Below are positions 58,490 through 64,000 of a stretch of DNA of 64,000 bases, piece after piece (positions within the stretch are counted from its first letter, which is position 1; each line of letters starts with the position of its first letter). This stretch comes from Clostridia bacterium (GTDB taxonomy: Bacteria; Bacillota; Clostridia; Oscillospirales; CAG-272). The translations under genes were made by a program, and so were the position numbers. Below the pieces are notes generated by a model. The model searched no databases and had not been told where the DNA came from. It saw only the letters and a list, made by a program, of their open reading frames with translations. The DNA lies in assembly GCA_017502975.1 (NCBI GenBank), contig JAFVTV010000037.1, positions 16,576 through 80,575 on the forward strand. The letters run 5' to 3'.

Positions 58490-59581
58490 TTATTTTTGTT
58501 CTTCCACATCAGAAACAAGGTAAAACTCTTTATCTTCCTCGGGCATAACGGCAACAAATGCCATGATGGCACATTCTATCATATCCTCATCCGGCTCGCG
58601 CACCGTAATGCGCTGCAGCCACATACCGGGAGCGGAAATGATACGGGTAAAGAGATTATCATAGCGCCCCGCAAGCTTTAACAGCTCATAGCCAATGCCC
58701 ATCATCACCGGGATCAGCAGGATCTTAACGGCGGCACGCACCACAGTATTCAGCACGCCCGTAAGGCTGCCGAATTGAGCAGGTATGAACAACCCGATTA
58801 CGATACTGACAAGCAGCATCAAAATCAAGAAAGAAGTGCCGCAACGGGGGTGAAAACGCCGCTGTTTTTTTACATTTTCAACAGTAAGCGGCAAGCCGTT
58901 CTCGTAGCAAAAGATGGTTTTATGCTCTGCACCGTGATACATAAACGTGCGTCGGATATCCTTCATGAGCGACACCAGCGCCATATAAAGCACCAAAATA
59001 AAGATCTTAAAAAGACCCTCAAATACCGAGCGCGTCAGACGGCTTGCGGCAAGGCTTTCAGGCAGCACGTAATCGGCAAGCAGTTGATATACGAAGGTAG
59101 GCAGCCAAAAGAAAAGCCCCAGCGCCATTGCCACTCCAAGCACGGTGGCTATGACCATGATAGCGGTCATGGTGGCTTTGCCAAATGCGCTTTTGGGCTC
59201 CTCGGCCTCCTGCGTGGTTGCCGTCACTGCCACATTCTGCTCGGTTTCCTGCACAGCTGCTTCCTGTTCAGATTCGGCATCGCATTGAACTTGCGTACCG
59301 TCCTCCTCACAAAAGATTTCAGCAGAACGCATCAAATATTTATATCCAATACGCATGGAATCCACAAACCCAAACACACCGCGAATAAAGGGAAAGCGGC
59401 AAATGCGCGGGCGCGATTTTTTTTCATTCTTCTCTTCCTCAAAAAAGATCTTACCGTTAGGGCGACGCACTGCCATAGCGCTCTTTTCAACACCCCGCAT
59501 CATAATGCCCTCCATCAGCGCTTGACCGCCGATAGAGGTCTTACGGCAAGTATCCTTTTTACAGGTTGCTTTTTCCTTCAT
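58490..59581 (-). CDS. DUF1385 (YqhQ-like) membrane protein
   Basis: IGGQALMEGIMM, YHGAEHK, HPRCGTSF, PGMWLQ.ITVREP; ATG 59581. Confidence 0.9.
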   Translation of the reverse strand: MKEKATCKKDTCRKTSIGGQALMEGIMMRGVEKSAMAVRRPNGKIFFEEEKNEKKSRPRICRFPFIRGVFGFVDSMRIGYKYLMRSAEIFCEEDGTQVQCDAESEQEAAVQETEQNVAVTATTQEAEEPKSAFGKATMTAIMVIATVLGVAMALGLFFWLPTFVYQLLADYVLPESLAASRLTRSVFEGLFKIFILVLYMALVSLMKDIRRTFMYHGAEHKTIFCYENGLPLTVENVKKQRRFHPRCGTSFLILMLLVSIVIGLFIPAQFGSLTGVLNTVVRAAVKILLIPVMMGIGYELLKLAGRYDNLFTRIISAPGMWLQRITVREPDEDMIECAIMAFVAVMPEEDKEFYLVSDVEEQK

Positions 59582-59636
59582 ATTACTACCTTTCAAAAGC
59601 ACGCGCCGTCGATACGACGGCGCATGACCACCAGAT

Positions 59637-60788
59637 TTATTTTTTCTTGCTAAAATCAATCTGCATCTGACCGCCCTGTGCTTTTTTATGCTTCTCAACC
59701 AACTTATGTATGCGCTTAGCGGGATCGAGCAGGTTGCTGATGGTATCGTCATGATTGAGGGTATCAATAATATAGGCAACATACTTGCACATATTTACCT
59801 CAACGTACCATTCCTTAGACAAAAGCTCGGGTGTGCGGTACACAAGGTTGGTGGTAAAGATGCGGTCGATAAGACCGTCCTTGTATGCCTGATCAAACTT
59901 ATCAAACGCATCGGTAAACAAGCCAAACGTCGCAAAGTTAAAGATGCGCTTTGCACCCTTTGCCTTGAGCTGCTTGGCAACATCAAGCAGGGACTCGCCC
60001 GAGGAGATCATATCGTCAACGATGATCACATCCTTGCCCGTGAGATCCTTACCGAGATACTCATGCGCTTCAATGGGATTTCTGCCGTTTACGATACGGG
60101 AGTAATCACGGCGCTTGTAGAACATACCGATATCAAGCCCCAATACCGAGGAGAAGTACATGCAACGACCCATTGCGCCCTCATCGGGAGAAATGATCAT
60201 CAGATCTTCTTTATTAAGCGAAATATCAGGATACTGACGAACCAACGCCTTAATCATTTGGTAGGTAGGACGCACGTCGTCAAATCCGCTGAGGGGGATA
60301 GCATTTTGTACGCGAGGATCGTGTGCATCAAAGGTAATGATATTCTTAACACCCATGCCCACAAGTTCCTGCAGCATCAGTGCACAGTCAAGAGATTCGC
60401 GTGCCGAGCGCTTGTGCTGGCGCCCCTCATAAAGCATGGGCATGATAACCGATACACGGCGTGCCTTGCCCGCGATCGCAGCAATGACGCGCTTGACATC
60501 CGCATAGTGATCGTCGGGGCTCATCGGAACCTCACGACCGTACATCTTATAGGTGACACCGTAATTAAAGGGATCGCAAATGATATACACGTCGTGTCCG
60601 CGCAAAGAATCGTGCAACAACGCTTTTCCCTCACCCGTGCCAAATCGGGGGCACTCTACATTTATAACGAAGGACTCATCGCCGCCGTGCCGTCTCCATT
60701 CCTTGAGGTAATTGTCTACTTGGGTCACGAACGGCTCGCAGCCGCGCATTCCGATAACGCTTAATTCTCCGTTAAGTGCTTCCTTCAT
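59637..60788 (-). CDS. prs: Ribose-phosphate pyrophosphokinase
   Basis: RFGTGE, YEGRQH, DAH, SPDEG, IVDDMISSGES. Confidence 0.93.
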   Translation of the reverse strand: MKEALNGELSVIGMRGCEPFVTQVDNYLKEWRRHGGDESFVINVECPRFGTGEGKALLHDSLRGHDVYIICDPFNYGVTYKMYGREVPMSPDDHYADVKRVIAAIAGKARRVSVIMPMLYEGRQHKRSARESLDCALMLQELVGMGVKNIITFDAHDPRVQNAIPLSGFDDVRPTYQMIKALVRQYPDISLNKEDLMIISPDEGAMGRCMYFSSVLGLDIGMFYKRRDYSRIVNGRNPIEAHEYLGKDLTGKDVIIVDDMISSGESLLDVAKQLKAKGAKRIFNFATFGLFTDAFDKFDQAYKDGLIDRIFTTNLVYRTPELLSKEWYVEVNMCKYVAYIIDTLNHDDTISNLLDPAKRIHKLVEKHKKAQGGQMQIDFSKKK

Positions 60789-60964
60789 TGTAAATCCTCC
60801 GTGACAAAATGAAATTGTACGGCAAAAGTTTGCCTAATATAACAGTATTATAACATAAGATTTTTACTTTGAAAAGAGTTTTTGCGAAAAAAATAGATTT
60901 CGGTATTTTTTATTGTTTTTCCACATTTACCGATGCTGAAAATTCGCATCTTTCACAAAAGAAA

Positions 60965-63355
60965 TTATTTAAGTTCTACAACCGTCACGCCACCGTCGCC
61001 CTCACCGTATCTGCCGATGCGGAAGGATTTTACGCGGCGATCCTTTTTGAGGTAATTCCAAAGTGCCGCGCGCAGCGCACCCGTGCCCTTACCGTGCACC
61101 AGCCGTACGTTTTTAAAGCCCGCGATCATGGCGGTGTCAAAATATTTATCCACCATAAACCAAGCCTCATCGCCCGTGTGACCGCGCAGATCGATCTCAT
61201 CGCGAAAATCACGCGAAATACTGACCTTAAAATCACGAACGGGTGTCTTTTTTTCGCCGGGAGCACCAATGCCGGGCTCGTTTTCCAAGAGGCGCAAATT
61301 TTCCACCTTTGAGCGCGTACGAATGATGCCTGCTTGCACCTGCACGTTACCGCTTTTATCGGGATCGGAAAGCAGAACACCCTTTTTATCAATATCCACA
61401 AGGTATACCTCATCGCCCTTCTTGAGGGGGCGCGGCAGCTTGTATTCCTTATTGCTGCGCTCCTCCACAGGGTTAAAGCGTGCCTCGTTCTCTCTCAAAT
61501 GCGCACGTACTGCACGGCGCGTTTTATCAAGCTGCTCGCCAAGGTCTTCCCTCTCTCTTGCACGGCGCACCTCCTCAAGCTGTGCAAAAATATACTCACT
61601 TGAGGCACGTGCACTTTCTACCAGCCCTACTGCCTTTGCCTGTGCTGCCTCAAGGGCTGTCGCAGCGCGTTTCTGAAGAAGCTCTGCTTCACGCTTAGCG
61701 CCCTCTCTTGTTGCCTCAAGCTCGGCACGCAAGCGCGCTACCTCTTCTCTGTCGCGATCGGCGGCAAGACGCGTGCTCTCCAGCGCTTCGATCACGCGCT
61801 CAAAGCGTCTGTTTTCTTCACTGATGCGGGACTTTGCATCCGCCACCACATCGGCAGGCAGCCCCAGCTTTTCGGAAATGGCAAACGCATTGGATTTGCC
61901 GGGTGCGCCAATGATCAAGCGGTAGGTGGGGCGAAGCGTTGATACATCAAATTCGCAGGAAGCATTCTGCACGCCCTTGGTTTCAAGCGCATACGCCTTA
62001 AGCTCGGCATAGTGCGTGGTGGCAACCGTCAGTGCACCCACACGCCGCACGTGCGAAATAATAGAAACCGCCAATGCCGCGCCCTCAATGGGATCTGTAC
62101 CGGCGCCAAGCTCATCAAAGAGCACCAAGGAATTTGGAGTCACGTTTTTGACAATGGATACGATATGCACCATGTGCGAGGAGAAAGTAGAGAGTGATTG
62201 CTCAATACTCTGCTCATCGCCAAGATCGACCAATATACGGTCAAACAGGCAAAGCTCTGACCCCTCATCAGCAGGGATATGAAGCCCCGATTGCGCCATT
62301 AACGCAAAGAGTCCCATAGTTTTCAGCGTAACAGTCTTACCGCCCGTATTGGGACCGGTAATAATGAGCGTATCCCACTCCCTACCAAGCGAAACGCCAA
62401 CAGGAACTACACGATCGGGAGCAATCAGCGGATGGCGGGCGCGCAGCAATCGCACGCCTCTGGCATCGATGATGATTGGCTGGATCGCTTGCATCTTTTC
62501 GGCAAGCTTGCCACAGGCAAACACAAAAGCCAACTCGGTGATATTGCGATAATTCAAGTTGATTGCCCCCGACATAGCGGCAACCGCTGCTGAGAGTTCG
62601 GCAAGCACGCGCTCGATCTCACGCTGCTCCTTCACCTCAAGCATGCGCAGCTCGTTATTTGCATCCACAACAGCCATGGGCTCAACAAAGATCGTTGCCC
62701 CCGATGAGGATGTGTCGTGGATCAGGCCCTTGATTTCGTTTTTGCTTTCCACACGCACAGGGATCACGTACCTGCCGTTACGCATGGTTACAATGCTCTC
62801 CTGCAGGTGCTTGGCATAGGAGCCTGCGGTAATATAATGCTGTAACGTTTCCTTAATGCGGTTATTTGCAATACGGATCTTACGTCGAATGTCTCCCAGC
62901 GCAGGGCTTGCCTCGTCGGCGATCATATCCTCAGCAATAATGGCGCGGTAGATCTTCTCCTCCAGCCGTTTATCGGGCAGCAAGCGCTCAAAGATCTCAT
63001 CAAGCACCGTTTCAAAATGGCGGTTGGTGCGGCTGTAATCAAGAAGCCCGCGTGCCGTGCGCAGCACGTTGCCGATATCCAAAAGCTCGCGCGGCGAAAG
63101 CGTAGCGCCCTTTGCGGCGCGATCGAGCGCATCGGCGGTATCGATCACCATACCAAAGGACGGCATGCCCTTATCATCAAGCAAACGGCGTGCATCCTGC
63201 GTGCGCACAAGGCGGCGCAGTACAACCGTTTTATCATCATCGGGCAAAAGCGCCAGCGCCTGCTCCTTGGCACCCGCAGTGGGCGCAAGGGCGGCAAGCA
63301 TGGACAGTATTTTATCGTATTCCAGTGTTCGTAATGTTTTTTGATCGATCTGCAT
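60965..63355 (-). CDS. mutS2: Endonuclease MutS2
   Basis: TGPNTGGKT, QSLSTFSSH, DELGAGTDP, TTHY, C-terminal Smr (DLRG..HGKGTG). Confidence 0.96.
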   Translation of the reverse strand: MQIDQKTLRTLEYDKILSMLAALAPTAGAKEQALALLPDDDKTVVLRRLVRTQDARRLLDDKGMPSFGMVIDTADALDRAAKGATLSPRELLDIGNVLRTARGLLDYSRTNRHFETVLDEIFERLLPDKRLEEKIYRAIIAEDMIADEASPALGDIRRKIRIANNRIKETLQHYITAGSYAKHLQESIVTMRNGRYVIPVRVESKNEIKGLIHDTSSSGATIFVEPMAVVDANNELRMLEVKEQREIERVLAELSAAVAAMSGAINLNYRNITELAFVFACGKLAEKMQAIQPIIIDARGVRLLRARHPLIAPDRVVPVGVSLGREWDTLIITGPNTGGKTVTLKTMGLFALMAQSGLHIPADEGSELCLFDRILVDLGDEQSIEQSLSTFSSHMVHIVSIVKNVTPNSLVLFDELGAGTDPIEGAALAVSIISHVRRVGALTVATTHYAELKAYALETKGVQNASCEFDVSTLRPTYRLIIGAPGKSNAFAISEKLGLPADVVADAKSRISEENRRFERVIEALESTRLAADRDREEVARLRAELEATREGAKREAELLQKRAATALEAAQAKAVGLVESARASSEYIFAQLEEVRRAREREDLGEQLDKTRRAVRAHLRENEARFNPVEERSNKEYKLPRPLKKGDEVYLVDIDKKGVLLSDPDKSGNVQVQAGIIRTRSKVENLRLLENEPGIGAPGEKKTPVRDFKVSISRDFRDEIDLRGHTGDEAWFMVDKYFDTAMIAGFKNVRLVHGKGTGALRAALWNYLKKDRRVKSFRIGRYGEGDGGVTVVELK

Positions 63356-63361
63356 ACTTCC

Positions 63362-64000
63362 TCACGATTTTATCATTTGCTTGCGAATGGCAAGTAAGCG
63401 TTTATAGTTTTCAAGCGTGGGAAATCCACGCTCTAAATGATGTAAAAGATATCCCTCTGCCGCACGCGCAAACAACTCCTCGACACGCGTGCTTGTCAGG
63501 CGAAAGGAAAACAAGCGCTTAGGGTGCGCGGTCGCAACAAAGCGCAGTGCCGCTACCGAAGACGCACAAAGCGGCAAAAGAATGTGCCGTGCCCCCGTAT
63601 CATCGACCTCAGGCATAGGCGCAAGCGCCGTTTCGCGCGAAAGACAGGCGGGGCAAAGAAGCGCACCGTTCATCACATCAAGATACATATCCTCACCCAC
63701 ACCACAGCCACAGTGCGCGCAAGCATCAAGTGCAGGCGCAAAGCCGCCGATCACTGCCGCACGCAACTCAAAGGCTGCCTTGATGCGGGCATCGTCATTC
63801 TTTGTAACAGAAAGCATGTGCATGGCATTCAGGCAAAGCGGCAAAATATCGCCTGCGGGCGACTTTTCATCCGAAAGTTCAAATACTACATCAGCAAAAT
63901 ATGCCGCCAAAAACAGCTTTTCGCTATCATATCTCACTCCGGGAAAGGTTTGTATCGCTGTTGCGCTTTTTACCCACTTAAACCCGTTTTTTTCATAAAA
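63362..64000 (-). CDS. recO: DNA repair protein RecO (3' part; frame open to window end)
   Basis: FELR..GFAPALDACAHCG...GALLCPAC Zn finger; the frame reads FYEKNGFKWVKSA... back to 64000 without a stop. Confidence 0.85.
   Translation of the reverse strand, partial: FYEKNGFKWVKSATAIQTFPGVRYDSEKLFLAAYFADVVFELSDEKSPAGDILPLCLNAMHMLSVTKNDDARIKAAFELRAAVIGGFAPALDACAHCGCGVGEDMYLDVMNGALLCPACLSRETALAPMPEVDDTGARHILLPLCASSVAALRFVATAHPKRLFSFRLTSTRVEELFARAAEGYLLHHLERGFPTLENYKRLLAIRKQMIKS

Noticed and set aside
59604-59625. GC-rich hairpin between prs and DUF1385
   Set aside because: A simple 9-bp stem, adequately explained as a weak terminator or stabiliser.
63362-64000. Truncated recO (191 aa in the ORF track)
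   Set aside because: The frame stays open to the window end, so this is an edge effect.

Overview
This is 64 kb of chromosome from a spore-forming clostridial (Bacillota) organism of roughly 50% GC; the taxonomy is inferred from gene content (sigK, spoVAF/gerA-like, mecA, spoVD-like PBP). From left to right it holds: a compact dcw cluster (mraZ-rsmH-ftsL-like-PBP-murE-murF-mraY-ftsW-murG-ftsZ); a TIGR01212 radical SAM gene; a hexuronate locus (GH2 with a GUS-type NxKG motif, GPH transporter, AraC, uxuA, uxuB, eda, kdgK); SGNH hydrolases; a frameshifted aminotransferase; a nuclease-DinG helicase; mecA, UDG and an AEC transporter. Next come three paralogous giant secreted proteins (beta-helix-like repeats plus a ComEC/Pce-like metallo-beta-lactamase domain and a conserved acidic C-terminal FGDEILLPEI tail). 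The rest is PPi-PFK, intact sigK, a kduI-kduD-unknown operon, a 3-gene polysaccharide cluster, DUF1385, prs, mutS2 and recO. I saw no rRNA, tRNA, CRISPR array, transposase or integrase. The most unusual signals are: (1) the paralog family, with a length-variable N-terminus, mosaic blocks, a shared upstream box and a second, synonymously diverged copy of the C-terminal motif in frame just beyond the stop codon of one paralog; (2) large multi-branched intercistronic hairpin elements whose G-U wobbles favour the transcribed strand. All product calls come from motif recognition by eye; no database searches were run.
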